NCBI GenBank assembly: GCA_043819795.1
Contig: JBDREN010000098.1
Location: 1 to 45,912, forward strand
Direction: 5' to 3'
DNA length: 45,912 nucleotides
Source: Elusimicrobiota bacterium
Lineage (GTDB): Bacteria > Elusimicrobiota > Elusimicrobia > UBA1565
Part shown: positions 1 through 10,806 of the stretch, one piece after another
Numbering within the stretch: position 1 is the stretch's first letter
Layout: the number at the start of each line of letters is the position of its first letter
Translations under genes and position numbers: made by a program
The notes under the pieces: model-generated
Database searches by the model: none
The model's input: the letters and a program-made list of their open reading frames with translations, nothing else
What the model was told of the DNA's origin: nothing

Positions 1-22
1 TGGGATTATGTTACCAAAGTGC

Positions 23-169
23 GGTGTCAGGCTGCAACTTATGAAACTTATGAAACTTTTGGATCGGAGGCCGGAATCACCGGGGATCTTTCGCCCTTTG
101 GACGGACAAACCGTAAACGCGCGCACGACCTCAAAGTTTCATGAGTTTCATAAGTTGCAGCCTGACGCC
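23..169. repeat. Palindromic intergenic element (REP/MITE-like) with 37-bp inverted arms
   Basis: Arm 23-59 (ggtgtcaggctgcaacttatgaaacttatgaaacttt) is the reverse complement of arm 133-169 with 2 mismatches, both G-T on the + strand; the arms contain a 9-nt tandem unit (aacttatga). Confidence 0.85.
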
Positions 170-192
170 TCCCTCATTGTATACTATCCGCC

Positions 193-2295
193 GTGACCGT
201 GCAGATGCGGGAGGTCCTCGGCCGTCCCGTCCAATACCTTAAGGGAGTGGGCCCCCAGCGGGCCCGCCTGCTCCACCGGCTCGAGATATTCACTCTTCAG
301 GACCTTGTGCTGCACTATCCGCGCGCCTGGGAGAACCGCGAGGAGACCCCTCCCGGCCGGGTCCCCGAGAACGCGCCCCTCGTGTTGAAGGGCCGGGTCG
401 ACGCGACCATGCAGCGCCGGGCCGGCCCCCACCTGGAGCTCTTCATCGCGAAGCTCAAGGTGCCCGAGCACGGCGCGGTGGACGCCGTCTGGTTCAAGCG
501 CCCGAGCCGCCGCTACGACATTTTCGCGAGGCTCAAGCGCGAGATCACGAAAGGCGTCGACCTCTGGGTCGTCGGCCGCGGCGATCCGGAGCTGCTGAAG
601 ATACGCAGGATCAGCGTCACCGAGTACTACCTGGCCGACGACCCCAAGGCGGCCCTGCACATCAACCCGCTCGTCCCGATCTACCCGGCCACCGAGGGCC
701 TGCCCGAGCGCCTCCTGCGCGAGATCATCGCCAGCGCCCTGGACGAGGCCGTCCCCGCGATGCGCGAAGTCCTGCCGGAGCCCGTGATGCGACGGCGCGA
801 GTTGCTGACCCTGCCCCAGGCGATCCGGGGCATCCACCGTCCCCGCTCGGCCCCGGAGCTCGAGGAGGCCCGGCGCCGCCTCGCCTACGAGGAGCTGCTC
901 CTGCTCGAGCTGGCCTGGACGCTCAAGCACCGCCAGATCCGCGCGGTCACGAAAGGCTACAGCTATGAGATCAAGCGCTCTCTCTTGAGCCCTTTCCGGG
1001 CGCAGCTCGGCTTCGAGCTGACGCACGCCCAGAAACGCGTCATCAACGAGATATTCGACGACATGCGGCAGCCGCACCCGATGACGCGGCTTCTGCAGGG
1101 CGACGTCGGCTCGGGAAAGACGGTGGTCTCGATCGCGGCGCTGCTCCTGGCCGTCGAGAACGGCCACCAGGGCGCATTCATGGCTCCCACCGAGATCCTG
1201 GCCGAGCAGCACCACTGGACCTTCGGGGGCTTCCTGAAGGACCTGCCCATCCGAGTGGCGCTCCTCACCTCCCGCGTCCACAAGAAGCAGCGGGAGCGCC
1301 TGCTGGCGCGCATCCACGCGGGCGAGGTCGACATCGTGCTCGGGACCCACGCCCTGCTCGAGGAGGACGTCAAGTTCCGCGACCTGCGCCTCACCGTGAT
1401 CGACGAGCAGCACCGCTTCGGAGTGCGCCAGCGCACGACCCTGCGCCAGAAGGGCCCCCCGATGGACCTGCTCATGATGACGGCCACGCCGATCCCCCGC
1501 ACCCTGAGCCTGGCTCTCTACGGGGACCTGGACGTCTCGACCCTCGACGAGATGCCCCCGGGCCGCGTCCCGGCGAAGACCCACCACGCGTCCGAGGAAG
1601 AGGCCTTCGAGTTCGCGCGCGCGGCGGTGAAGGCGGGCCACCAGGTCTACATCGTCTACCCGATCATCCAGGAGTCCAGCAACCTGGACCTGAAAGCGGC
1701 GATCGCCGAGTTCGAGCGCCTCCGCGGCGGCGCGTTCAAGGACGTGCGCGTGGCCCTCGTGCACGGACGCCTGCCCAGCTCCAAGAAGGTCCGCGTCATG
1801 GAGGAGTTCGCCGCGGGGAAGTGGGACGTGCTCGTGGCCACGCCCGTCATCGAGGTGGGCGTGGACGTCGTGAACGCGACCGTCATGGTGGTCCAGAACG
1901 CCGACCGCTTCGGCCTGGCGAGCCTGCACCAGCTGCGCGGGCGCATCGGCCGGGGGAAGGACCAGTCCCACTGCTTCCTCGTCGCCGAGCCCAAGACCCC
2001 CGAGTCCCGCCGGCGCATCGCGATCCTCTGCGAGACCTCCGACGGCTTCCGCATCGGTGAGGAGGACCTGAAGATCAGAGGGCCCGGAGAAGCACTGGGC
2101 GTGGCCCAGCACGGGGAGCTCTCGCTCCGGGCGGCCGACCTGAGCCGCGACGCCAACCTGCTCGCCGCGGCCCGCAGCGACGCGGTCGACCTGCTGACGG
2201 GCGACCCCGACCTGACCCGCCCGGAGCACAACGCGCTCCGCGAGCTGCTGCTCGACCGCTACCAGAAAAGGTGGCAGTCGATCGACCTGGCCTGA
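193..2295 (+). CDS. recG: ATP-dependent DNA helicase RecG
   Basis: N-terminal LKGVGP...LxxYPR wedge region, Walker A QGDVGSGKT, MAPTEILAEQH, DEQHRFGV, MTATPIPRTL, QLRGRIGRG, TRG motif DGFRIGEEDLKIRGPGE; start is GTG 193 or ATG 205. Confidence 0.98.
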   Translation: MTVQMREVLGRPVQYLKGVGPQRARLLHRLEIFTLQDLVLHYPRAWENREETPPGRVPENAPLVLKGRVDATMQRRAGPHLELFIAKLKVPEHGAVDAVWFKRPSRRYDIFARLKREITKGVDLWVVGRGDPELLKIRRISVTEYYLADDPKAALHINPLVPIYPATEGLPERLLREIIASALDEAVPAMREVLPEPVMRRRELLTLPQAIRGIHRPRSAPELEEARRRLAYEELLLLELAWTLKHRQIRAVTKGYSYEIKRSLLSPFRAQLGFELTHAQKRVINEIFDDMRQPHPMTRLLQGDVGSGKTVVSIAALLLAVENGHQGAFMAPTEILAEQHHWTFGGFLKDLPIRVALLTSRVHKKQRERLLARIHAGEVDIVLGTHALLEEDVKFRDLRLTVIDEQHRFGVRQRTTLRQKGPPMDLLMMTATPIPRTLSLALYGDLDVSTLDEMPPGRVPAKTHHASEEEAFEFARAAVKAGHQVYIVYPIIQESSNLDLKAAIAEFERLRGGAFKDVRVALVHGRLPSSKKVRVMEEFAAGKWDVLVATPVIEVGVDVVNATVMVVQNADRFGLASLHQLRGRIGRGKDQSHCFLVAEPKTPESRRRIAILCETSDGFRIGEEDLKIRGPGEALGVAQHGELSLRAADLSRDANLLAAARSDAVDLLTGDPDLTRPEHNALRELLLDRYQKRWQSIDLA

Positions 2296-2434
2296 GCGAT
2301 GGGTCCCGCGGCCGGAGGGCCAACCGGCCCCCGCCGGTTCCGCAAGGGCCCCTTATCGGGATAGGACCATTAACGGCGCGATTCAAGCCGAAAGGCCCAT
2401 CCCTCCCGCCGGGCGGTTTTGGTATGCTGGCTTC

Positions 2435-2638
2435 ATGAAGCAGACGGGCTCGCTTCTCTGGATTTTCGTCCTGCTGACGGCCCTGATCGCCGGGCCGGTC
2501 TTCATCCGCGGCGGCCCGGACGGCCCCCCGGAGCCGCCTCCCTTGCGCGTGTCCATCGAGGCCGAGCGACTGCTCGACGCCGTCGCGAACCTGCCTCAGC
2601 CTCCGCGCCCCACCCTGTTGCGCCCCATCGGACGCTAA
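2435..2638 (+). CDS. Small single-pass membrane protein with Pro-rich tail (67 aa)
   Basis: ATG start, hydrophobic N-terminal helix LLWIFVLLTALIAGPVFI, fills the gap between recG and the TPR gene. Confidence 0.6.
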   Translation: MKQTGSLLWIFVLLTALIAGPVFIRGGPDGPPEPPPLRVSIEAERLLDAVANLPQPPRPTLLRPIGR

Positions 2639-2697
2639 GTCGCGGTCTTCGCCTCGTCGCCTGGACAGGCGCCGCGATTGAAGGCTATACTGCTCAC

Positions 2698-3603
2698 ATG
2701 CGGCATCTCTGGATCTGCTCGCTCCTCTCGCTTTTGCTCGCGCCGCCGGCCGTTGCCCGGCCGGCCACGCTCATCGTCGAGCAGGGGACCCGCACCGTGG
2801 CCGGCTACGACGAGTTCCTGTTCCTGGGCTGGAACGACGCCTGCTCGGTCGCGATCCAATACTTCGGATACCCTCCCGCCGGCCAGGGCTTACAGGGGAT
2901 CCCGGACCGCTGGCGCATCGGGTCCTTCACGATCCCCCCCGACGACGTCGATGAGGAGATTTACTGGGCGTACCGCTGGAAGGAGGGCCGGCACTGGGAC
3001 CGGACCGCCTCCGAAAAGGCCACCGAGAAGCTCCTGCGCGAAGGATATACCGTCTCCGGGCGCGTCGAGACCATCCGCGACGCTCCGACGGCGGACCAGC
3101 CCGGGCTCGATGAGATCCTCCATTCCACGGCCACCTTCGAGATCGCCTACCGCATGACCTGGCCCCCGTCGCAGTATCGCCTGACTCACGTCCACTACTC
3201 CCCTCTGGGCACCTGCGTGTTCTTCGTCTTCCGGGACCTGACCGCGCCGCGCGACGGCTACCGCACCAAGCTGGCGCGCATCCACAACCCCGGGGTCCGC
3301 CGCAAGCGCGCCCGCGCCCACGCGACCAACGGACTGCTCCTCTATAAGCAGGGGGTCGACCTCTACGCCGCCGAGGAGGAACTCGCCATCGCGGTCGCCA
3401 CGGACCCCGACTATCCCCTGGGGCGCTACTACCACGCGATGCTCCTGGCCCTCCACGGGCGCTTCGAAGAGAGCCTCGAGGACCTGAAGGAGGCGGTGGC
3501 CCGCGATCCGCGCTATGCCAAGAAGGCCGAGGAAGCCGTCGAGTTCGAGAGCCTGTACCGCGACCAGCGCTTCAAGGCCATCGTGGAGGGGGCGCGGCCT
3601 TGA
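2698..3603 (+). CDS. Secreted protein with C-terminal tetratricopeptide repeats
   Basis: Signal peptide from ATG 2698 (MRHLWICSLLSLLLAPPAVA); C-terminal TPR-like helices AEEELAIAVATDPDYPLGRYYHAMLLALHGRFEESLEDLKEAVARDPRY; stop overlaps the metH start. Confidence 0.8.
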   Translation: MRHLWICSLLSLLLAPPAVARPATLIVEQGTRTVAGYDEFLFLGWNDACSVAIQYFGYPPAGQGLQGIPDRWRIGSFTIPPDDVDEEIYWAYRWKEGRHWDRTASEKATEKLLREGYTVSGRVETIRDAPTADQPGLDEILHSTATFEIAYRMTWPPSQYRLTHVHYSPLGTCVFFVFRDLTAPRDGYRTKLARIHNPGVRRKRARAHATNGLLLYKQGVDLYAAEEELAIAVATDPDYPLGRYYHAMLLALHGRFEESLEDLKEAVARDPRYAKKAEEAVEFESLYRDQRFKAIVEGARP

Positions 3604-6600
3604 TCCGGGATCGCGCGAAGGAGCTCCAAGCGCTTCTAGAAGAGCGCGTCCTCATCCTTGACGGCGCCATGGGCACGGCCCTGCAGGCGCTGGCGCTGAC
3701 GGCGGAGGACTTCGGCGGTCCCCGGCTCGAGGGATGCAACGAGCATCTCGTCCTCACGCGGACGGACGCGATCCGAAAGATCCACGCCGACTACCTCGAG
3801 GCCGGCGCCGACATCGTCGAGACGAACACCTTCGGCGCCGTCCGCCATGTCCTCGCCGACTACGGGCTGCAGGACAAGACCCTGGAGATCAACCGCGCCG
3901 CCGCCCGCCTGGCCGCCGGAGAGGCCGAGCGCCTCTCGACGCCCGCAAAGCCCCGCTTCGCGGCCGGCTCCCTGGGCCCCGGGACAAAAACGATCACGGT
4001 CACCGGCGGGATCACCTTCGACGAGGTCCGCCGCCACTACGCCGAGGCCGGCCGGGGACTCGTGGAGGGCGGCGTGGATCTGATCCTGCTCGAGACCCAG
4101 CAGGACACCCTCAACATCAAGGCCTCGCTCATGGGCCTGCGCGACGCCTTCGGCGCGGCGGCCCGCCGCGTCCCAGTGATGCTGTCGGTCTCGATCGAGA
4201 CGATGGGCGCCATGCTCGGCGGCCAGACCGTCGAGGCCTTCTACCACTCGATCGCGCACTTCGATCTCCTCGCGGTGGGCCTCAACTGCGCGACCGGCCC
4301 CGACTTTATGACCGACCACCTCCGCACTCTGGCCGGACTCTCGCGCTTCCCCGTCGTCTGCTACCCGAACGCGGGCATGCCCGACGAGGACGGCCGCTAC
4401 CGCGAGACGCCCGAGATGCTGGCCGGCAAGCTCCGCCGTTTCTCGGACGAGGGCTGGCTCAACATCGTCGGCGGCTGCTGCGGGACGACGCCCGCCCACA
4501 TCCGCGCCATCGCCGGAGCCCTGGCCGGACGCGGGCCGCGGGCGCCGCGGGCGCCGCGGGGCCTGACCCTCAGCGGGCTAGAAGCCCTCGCGGTCGGGGA
4601 GGACCGCAGGCCGGTGCTCGTCGGCGAGCGCACCAACGTCATCGGCTCGCGCAAGTTCAAGCGGCTCATCGCGGAGGGCGCCTTCGATGAGGGCGCCGAG
4701 ATCGGCCGCAAGCAGGTGCGGGGAGGCGCGCAGATCCTCGACGTATGCCTCGCCGACCCGGACGGCGACGAGAAGCGGGACATGTCCCGCTTCCTCGATG
4801 TCCTCGCGAAAAGGATCAAGGCGCCCCTGATGATCGACTCGACCGACGCGGGCGTCATCGAGGAGGCCCTCAAGCGCTCGCCCGGAAAGGCCATCATCAA
4901 CTCGATCAACCTGGAGGAGGGAGAACGGCGCTTCGAGATCGTCGTCCCGCTCGCCCGTCGCTACGGCGCCGCCGTGGTCGTGGGGACGATCGACGAGGAC
5001 AAGCGGGCCGGCATGGGCGTCACCCGCGCGCGTAAGCTCGAGATCGCGCGCCGCAGTCACGCGCTCTTGACCGGGAAGTACGGCCTGCCGCCGGAAGACA
5101 TCATCTTCGACCCGCTCGTATTCCCCTGCGCCACCGGCGACAAAAGCTACTTCGGCTCCGCGGTCGAGACGATCGAGGGCCTGCGGCTCATCAAGCGCGA
5201 GTTTCCCCGCTGTAAGACGATCCTCGGCGTCTCCAACGTCTCCTTCGGCCTTCCCCCGGCGGGCCGCGAGGTCCTCAACTCCGTATTCCTCCACCACTGC
5301 GTCGCCGCCGGCCTCGACCTGGCGATCGTCAACGCCGTGAAGCTGGCCCGCTACCCGACGATCCCCGAAGACGAGAAGACCCTCGCGGAGCGCGTGCTGT
5401 TCCGGGCGGGCCCGGGAAAGCCCGGCCGAGAAGAGGGCCCGGACCCGATCGCCGAGTTCACCGCCCACTTCCGCGAAAGCCGGCCCAAGAGCGCCGCCGG
5501 GGACGACCGCCTGAAGCTGCCGATCGACGAACGTCTCGTCAGGAACGTCGTCGAAGGCTCCAAGGAAGGGCTGAGCGAGGACCTCACGGCGCTGCTCAAA
5601 GAGCGCGCCGCTCTCGACATCGTCAACGGCCCGCTCATGAAGGGGATGGACGAGGTGGGCCGCCTCTTCGGCGCCAACGAGCTGATCGTCGCCGAGGTGC
5701 TCCAGTCCGCCGAGGTCATGAAGGCGGCGGTGGCCCATCTCGAGCCGCATATGGACCGCTCCTCGGCCGGCTCGAAGGGGAAGATCGTCCTCGCGACGGT
5801 GAAGGGCGACGTGCACGACATCGGCAAGAACCTCGTCCACATCATCCTCAAGAACAGCGGCTACGAGGTCGTCGACCTGGGGATCAAGGTGGACCCCGCG
5901 GCGCTCATCGAGGCCGTCGAGAAGACCTCCCCGCACATCATCGGCCTCTCGGGCCTCCTCGTGAAGTCGGCCCACCAGATGGCCGCGACGGCCGAGGACC
6001 TGAGGTCCGCCGGCGTCCGCGTCCCGATCCTGGTCGGGGGAGCGGCCCTGACGCCCAAGTTCACGGCCGCCCGCATCGCGCCCGGCTACGGGGGACCCGT
6101 CCTCTACGCGAAAGACGCCATGTCGGGGCTCGACCTCGCCAACCGGCTGCGGGATCCCGGCGCCGCGCCGGCCCTGCTGGCCGCCAACGAGGCTAGGCAG
6201 CGGGAGCTGGCGGCTGGCGCGAGCGGCGGGCCGCCGCCCAGGGCGGAGGCGGAAGCCGCCCCGGCCCCGCGTCCCAATATCCGCCACGATCACAACATCC
6301 CCTCCCCGCCCGACCTGAAGCCTCACGCGCTCGCGGACGCGGACCTCGAGGAGATCTTCGCCCATCTCAACCCCGTCATGCTCTACGGGCGGCACCTGGG
6401 CCTCAAGGGGGACCCGCGGCGGCTCTACGAGACGGGCGACCGCAAGGCGGTGGAGCTCTTCGAGCGCGTCCGGGGCCTCCAGAACGAGGTCATCGACAAG
6501 GGGCTCATGAAGCCCCGCGCCGTCGTCCGCTTCTTCCCCGCCCAGGCGGAGGGCGACGCCGTGATCCTCTACGGATCGGACTCGAAGCCCCGGGAGATCG

Positions 6601-7160
6601 AGCGGTTCGTCTTCCCGCGCCAGGCCTCGGGGGAACGGCTCTGCCTCGCGGACTTCGTGCTTCCGCGGTCCTCGGGCAGGATGGACTTCCTCGCGATGTT
6701 CGTCGTGACCTGCGGCGAAGGCGTGCTGGGCCTCTCCGCGAGGTGGCGCGAGGCGGGCGAGTACCTGAGATCGCACGCCCTGCAGTCCCTGGCGATCGAG
6801 AGCGCGGAGGGCTACGCCGAGCTGCTCCACTCCAAGCTGCGCTCCATGTGGGGCATCCCGGACCCGCCCGGGATGACGCTCAAGCAGAAGTTCCAGGCCC
6901 GCTACCGGGGCATCCGCGTGAGCTTCGGCTACCCGGCCTGCCCCGACATCGAGGACCAAGCCAAGCTGTGGCGCCTGCTCGAGCCGGAGAAGCTCATCGG
7001 CGTGCGGCTCACCGAAGGCTTCATGATGGATCCCGAGGCCAGCGTCTCGGCCATCGTCTTCCACCATCCGGCCGCGCGCTACTTCGCCGTCGGCGAGCGG
7101 GCGGCGGACCGGACGGTTCGCGGCGCGGCGGGACCGCCGAAAGCCCTGAACGAGGGCTGA
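3600..7160 (+). CDS. metH: Cobalamin-dependent methionine synthase
   Basis: LDGAMGT, Zn-binding GLNCA and GGCCGTTP, pterin domain VGERTN, B12 motif [12 protein letters not shown]...GLSGLL, activation domain [11 protein letters not shown] and MMDPEASVS. Confidence 0.98.
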   Translation: MIRDRAKELQALLEERVLILDGAMGTALQALALTAEDFGGPRLEGCNEHLVLTRTDAIRKIHADYLEAGADIVETNTFGAVRHVLADYGLQDKTLEINRAAARLAAGEAERLSTPAKPRFAAGSLGPGTKTITVTGGITFDEVRRHYAEAGRGLVEGGVDLILLETQQDTLNIKASLMGLRDAFGAAARRVPVMLSVSIETMGAMLGGQTVEAFYHSIAHFDLLAVGLNCATGPDFMTDHLRTLAGLSRFPVVCYPNAGMPDEDGRYRETPEMLAGKLRRFSDEGWLNIVGGCCGTTPAHIRAIAGALAGRGPRAPRAPRGLTLSGLEALAVGEDRRPVLVGERTNVIGSRKFKRLIAEGAFDEGAEIGRKQVRGGAQILDVCLADPDGDEKRDMSRFLDVLAKRIKAPLMIDSTDAGVIEEALKRSPGKAIINSINLEEGERRFEIVVPLARRYGAAVVVGTIDEDKRAGMGVTRARKLEIARRSHALLTGKYGLPPEDIIFDPLVFPCATGDKSYFGSAVETIEGLRLIKREFPRCKTILGVSNVSFGLPPAGREVLNSVFLHHCVAAGLDLAIVNAVKLARYPTIPEDEKTLAERVLFRAGPGKPGREEGPDPIAEFTAHFRESRPKSAAGDDRLKLPIDERLVRNVVEGSKEGLSEDLTALLKERAALDIVNGPLMKGMDEVGRLFGANELIVAEVLQSAEVMKAAVAHLEPHMDRSSAGSKGKIVLATVKGDVHDIGKNLVHIILKNSGYEVVDLGIKVDPAALIEAVEKTSPHIIGLSGLLVKSAHQMAATAEDLRSAGVRVPILVGGAALTPKFTAARIAPGYGGPVLYAKDAMSGLDLANRLRDPGAAPALLAANEARQRELAAGASGGPPPRAEAEAAPAPRPNIRHDHNIPSPPDLKPHALADADLEEIFAHLNPVMLYGRHLGLKGDPRRLYETGDRKAVELFERVRGLQNEVIDKGLMKPRAVVRFFPAQAEGDAVILYGSDSKPREIERFVFPRQASGERLCLADFVLPRSSGRMDFLAMFVVTCGEGVLGLSARWREAGEYLRSHALQSLAIESAEGYAELLHSKLRSMWGIPDPPGMTLKQKFQARYRGIRVSFGYPACPDIEDQAKLWRLLEPEKLIGVRLTEGFMMDPEASVSAIVFHHPAARYFAVGERAADRTVRGAAGPPKALNEG

Positions 7161-7204
7161 GAGATTTGCCCCGCCCCCGCGCTTCGCTCGCGTCGACGCT
7201 GGCC

Positions 7205-8968
7205 ATGGTCCTGGCCTCCGCCCTGACGGCCGCCTCCGGCACGGCCGCGGAAAGCCCTCCTTCCGCCCAGGACCTGATGGGCGAGATGGAGCGCCTGCAC
7301 TCCGCCCGACGGAGCGAGCATCCCCTCGACGCCCGGGAGCTCGACAAGCGCCTCGCCGCCTTCGGCGTCCGGTTCCGCAAGCTCGGCTCCGACGCCGTCC
7401 CGCTGCTGGGCTGGTACGCGGGCCGGCGGGAGCGCCCGCTCAAGCTCAGGCTGTACGCGGCGGCCTTCCTCGGCCTCATCGGGGACCCGGGCGCGCTGCG
7501 CCCGCTGACGTCCCTCGTCCGCGACCCGGACGAGGACCCGGGCCTGCGCTCGGCGGCGCTGCAGAGCGTCGGCTCGCTGCGCCTGTCGGAGGCGGACCTG
7601 CGGCCGATCCTCGACGAAGCGGCCCATCCCTCGAACCCCCCCGCCGTCGTGCGGGAGGCGCTGGCCCAACTCGCGTGGACCGGCACGGTCGAGGTCGGCA
7701 GGATCAGCCGGATCGCGAAACGCAACGGCCCCGACCCCCAAGGGCTGGACCGCGGCGCCGCCGCCCACGCCGCGGCCGCCCTGGGCCGCTCCCCGTCGCC
7801 CAAGGCCGACGCGGCGCTCTTCGACCTGCTGCGCCACTTCAAGAAAGGCTCCCCCCTGCGGCCGCGGGCGCTCGCGGCGCTCGAGCGCCGCCACCTCGTC
7901 GCCGGTCCGGGCGGAGGCGTCTCCCGCGGGCGTCGGCTCACCCGCCGGGACATGCGGACCCTGACGAGCCTCCTGGCCGAGGAGGAGGGCGAGACCGCTC
8001 TCATGATCGCGCGCCTGCTCGGCGGCGTCGGCGACCGGCGCGCGACGCCCGCCCTGGCGCGCTCGCTGCGAACGTCCCAAGACCCCGCCTTCCTCGCCGA
8101 GGCCGCCCAGGCGCTGGCGGCGATCGGCGACCCGGCGGCCTCCGAAGCGCTCGCGCGACTGAACGACGGCCTCATACGCGACCCCCGCTTCCGCCCCCGG
8201 CCCGCGGCTCCCGACCCCCGGCCGCACGCGTCTCGCATCGAGAAGGCCGCGGCCCTGTTCGCCCGAGCCGCCGAGCCGCCCCCCGCTCCCGAAGAGGAAG
8301 CTCCTCCCGCCGCCAGGCCCGCCGAGGACGAGGCGGCGGCGCCGGCGAAGGCCCCGGGGGCGAAGCCGCCGCCCGCGCCGGCGGAGGACCGGCGGGCCCA
8401 CGCCCCCCTTCCCCCTCGGGAAACGCCCGCGGGAGGCGAGGCGGCACGGTTCCGCTACGAGGGCTGGCCGGGGGAGGGCAAGCCGAACCTCCGGTGGAAC
8501 GGCTCCGTCGCCTCCCTGCTGCTGCGGACCGCCCCGGGCCGCGCCTCGCCGGGCGCGGGCTCGGCGGCGCTCAAGAGCGGGGAAAGCATCCCCTTCCAGG
8601 AGTCCGCCGTGCTCACCATCACGCCGGGGCGGGCCCGCGCGCGCCGCGAGGTAGTCCTCGACGCGCGGGAGATGGGCCCTGTCGAACGCCTCTCACGCGA
8701 GGGCTACGCAGGGGCGGCCGTGCGGCGGCGCCTGCGCCTGCGCGAGGGACGGATGCTCGAGCTCTTGTCCTACCGGGCCGAAGGCCTCTGCTTCGTGCGG
8801 CACGAAGGCACGGTCTACGAGGCCCCCTGCCCGCACAACGACCGGGAGCACTTCGAGATCATCGAGGAGCCCGACGTGGAATGGTGGCTGCGCGCGGAGG
8901 TATCCGGGCTTTCGGGCTGGTTTCCCGCCGAGCAGGAAGGAATCGACTTCCTGACGCGGGAATTCTAA
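7205..8968 (+). CDS. Secreted HEAT/PBS-lyase-like repeat protein with Pro/Ala linker and small C-terminal beta domain
   Basis: Signal-like N-terminus (ATG 7205 or TTG 7166); repeated AAxxLGxIGDxxAxxxL HEAT motifs; Pro/Ala/Glu linker; SH3-like ending WWLRAEVSGLSGWF. Confidence 0.75.
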   Translation: MVLASALTAASGTAAESPPSAQDLMGEMERLHSARRSEHPLDARELDKRLAAFGVRFRKLGSDAVPLLGWYAGRRERPLKLRLYAAAFLGLIGDPGALRPLTSLVRDPDEDPGLRSAALQSVGSLRLSEADLRPILDEAAHPSNPPAVVREALAQLAWTGTVEVGRISRIAKRNGPDPQGLDRGAAAHAAAALGRSPSPKADAALFDLLRHFKKGSPLRPRALAALERRHLVAGPGGGVSRGRRLTRRDMRTLTSLLAEEEGETALMIARLLGGVGDRRATPALARSLRTSQDPAFLAEAAQALAAIGDPAASEALARLNDGLIRDPRFRPRPAAPDPRPHASRIEKAAALFARAAEPPPAPEEEAPPAARPAEDEAAAPAKAPGAKPPPAPAEDRRAHAPLPPRETPAGGEAARFRYEGWPGEGKPNLRWNGSVASLLLRTAPGRASPGAGSAALKSGESIPFQESAVLTITPGRARARREVVLDAREMGPVERLSREGYAGAAVRRRLRLREGRMLELLSYRAEGLCFVRHEGTVYEAPCPHNDREHFEIIEEPDVEWWLRAEVSGLSGWFPAEQEGIDFLTREF

Positions 8969-9005
8969 CACGCGCAGCGCCCGACATCCGAGAGGCCTTT
9001 GAGGA

Positions 9006-9050
9006 AGTACCCGGGGAGAAATCCTCTGCGAGGATTTCTCCCCGGGTATT
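9006..9050. terminator. Long hairpin between convergent genes (probable bidirectional terminator)
   Basis: tacccggggagaaatcctc-tgc-gaggatttctccccgggta, a 19-bp perfect stem lying between stops at 8968 (+) and 9050 (-). Confidence 0.7.
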
Positions 9051-9595
9051 CACCGCATCATCCGCATGGCGCCTACCGAAGGGCGCGGGATGATGGCCTT
9101 CGAGAGCGCCTTGACCCCCTGGCCGACGAACAGCGAGACGATCAGGACCACGCTCGACAGGATGACGCCGACGGCGACGTTGCCCCGCTCGAGCTCCTTG
9201 CCCGGGCGGGTCTCCTTGGTCCGGGTCAGGCGGCCGAAGAGGCGTAGCGCGAGCGAAAGCGTCGCCACGACGATGACGAAGGCCAGCACGAGGTTGCCCG
9301 CCGCGTAGGCCGCCAGCTTCCAGTGCTTCGTCGACTCGACGAGCGGGCTCGTCAGGTACAGGTGTATCGTGTCGGCGACCGGCACGAACGCCTGGTGCAT
9401 GATGTTGGCCGACGCCAGGAGCAGCGCCGCCACGAGGATGCCCACCGCGAGGTTCCCCCTGAGGATCTCCTTGTCCTCGTCGAAATCCCGGTTGGCGCGG
9501 ACGAGGGCGCGCAGCGTCGCGAAGACCACCAGGACCGCCATGACGATCGTCAGCAGGAGCTCGCAGGCGCTGACGACCACGCGAGTGATGTCCAT
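9050..9595 (-). CDS. DUF350-like four-TM membrane protein
   Basis: Two internal repeats ending D..KEILRGNLAVGILVAA and GKELERGNVAVGVILSS, typical of DUF350; ATG at 9595. Confidence 0.75.
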   Translation of the reverse strand: MDITRVVVSACELLLTIVMAVLVVFATLRALVRANRDFDEDKEILRGNLAVGILVAALLLASANIMHQAFVPVADTIHLYLTSPLVESTKHWKLAAYAAGNLVLAFVIVVATLSLALRLFGRLTRTKETRPGKELERGNVAVGVILSSVVLIVSLFVGQGVKALSKAIIPRPSVGAMRMMR

Positions 9596-9695
9596 GGCCC
9601 TATTGTACAAGCTTTCGGCAGCGGCGGGGCAGTCAGCGCCGGAAGTCCCGACAGGGACCTTCCGGCGCTTGATCCTCCGGGTTATCAAAGGGATG

Positions 9696-9758
9696 CCCCC
9701 CGCTCCCCGGCCCTCTCCAGGGGAAAGAGGGGCCCGCAGCCCTCCCCGCGGGGGAGGC
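9696..9758. repeat. Degenerate CCCTCTCC...GGGAGAGGG-type palindromic repeat
   Basis: ccccccgctccccggccctctccaggggaaagagggg followed by gccctccccgcgggggaggc, intergenic; resembles widespread REP-like CCCTCTCCC/GGGAGAGGG palindromes. Confidence 0.4.
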
Positions 9759-9830
9759 TTGCGTTCATGCCTCCCGTCATCTCCCAGTGGCAAGGGGCGG
9801 GAAAAATTGATAGATTTTATCCATAAATTT

Positions 9831-10322
9831 ATGGCCCGAGTGGCGATCTACCCAGGAAGCTTCGACCCCATCACGAACGGGCATCTGGACATCATCCGGA
9901 GAGCCTGCCGCCTCTTTGACCGCGTGATCGTGGTCGTCGCCGGCGACTCGCCGAAACGGCAGACGTTCTCCGTCCGGGAGCGCGTCCGCATGGTCAAGGC
10001 CTGCGTCCGGGACATCCGGGGCGCCGACGTCGACACCTTCAACGGCCTGATCGTCGAATATTTGAAGTCGAAGAAGGCGCGCGTCCTGATCCGCGGCCTG
10101 CGCGCCGTCAGCGACATGGACTACGAATTTCAGATGGCGTCGATGAACCGTCATCTCTTCCCCGAGGTCGAGACCGTCTTCCTCATGCCCGACGAGCGGT
10201 ACACACACCTTTCCTCCTCCATCATCAAGGAGGTCGCGCGCCTGGGCGCCCGCGTGGAGGACTACATGCCGCGGCAAGTCATCAGCGCCGTGCGCGACAA
10301 GCTCGGCCTCAAGCGCCGTTAG
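9831..10322 (+). CDS. coaD: Phosphopantetheine adenylyltransferase
   Basis: AIYPGSFDPITNGHLDII, IRGLRAVSDMDYEFQMASMNR, LSSSIIKEVA; ATG at 9831. Confidence 0.98.
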   Translation: MARVAIYPGSFDPITNGHLDIIRRACRLFDRVIVVVAGDSPKRQTFSVRERVRMVKACVRDIRGADVDTFNGLIVEYLKSKKARVLIRGLRAVSDMDYEFQMASMNRHLFPEVETVFLMPDERYTHLSSSIIKEVARLGARVEDYMPRQVISAVRDKLGLKRR

Positions 10323-10338
10323 GCGCCCGGAGGGTATT

Positions 10339-10806
10339 ATGAAGAACAGGCGAAGCAAACTTCTCATCGAGCCCCGTTTCCAGAGACGGCTCATGCTGCG
10401 GCTGACCGGATGGGTACTGCTCTCCACCATCCTCACGGCCGGGGTCCTCTACCTCTTCCTGGCCATAGCCGACCAGCAGGCGGCCGGAGAGTTCTTCTAC
10501 ATCGTCCAGGAGCCGGGCTCCCATCCGGAGCTCCTGAGCCGCACGCAGATCGTCCTGCCCGCGATGGTGACCGCGCTGGTGATCAACCTGGTCCTCACGC
10601 TCGCATTCTCCCTCTACTACTCGCAGAAGCTGGCCGGGCCCATCCACCGCATCATCCACGACATGACGAAGCTCACGGAGGGCGGCAAGATGAAGGCCGC
10701 CTTCCGGCTGAGGGGCAACGACGAGTTCCAGGACGTGGGGAAGGCCTTCGACGCGCTGCTGAAAAAACTAGCTGAGCTGGGCTTCGTCGAAAAAGAGGAG
10801 GCATGA
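10339..10806 (+). CDS. Two-TM membrane protein with C-terminal HAMP-like segment and no output domain
   Basis: RBS ggaggg; KNRR..LI.PRFQ N-terminus, two TM helices, SQKLAGPIHRI...LRGNDEFQDVGKAFDALL. Confidence 0.8.
   Translation: MKNRRSKLLIEPRFQRRLMLRLTGWVLLSTILTAGVLYLFLAIADQQAAGEFFYIVQEPGSHPELLSRTQIVLPAMVTALVINLVLTLAFSLYYSQKLAGPIHRIIHDMTKLTEGGKMKAAFRLRGNDEFQDVGKAFDALLKKLAELGFVEKEEA

Noticed and set aside
8..196. 62-aa ORF with LMKLMKL periodicity
   Set aside because: It is the translation of the palindromic 9-nt-period element; no protein-like features
2296..2420. Possible SAM/cobalamin riboswitch upstream of the metH region
   Set aside because: Only generic GC hairpins; no recognisable conserved aptamer motifs
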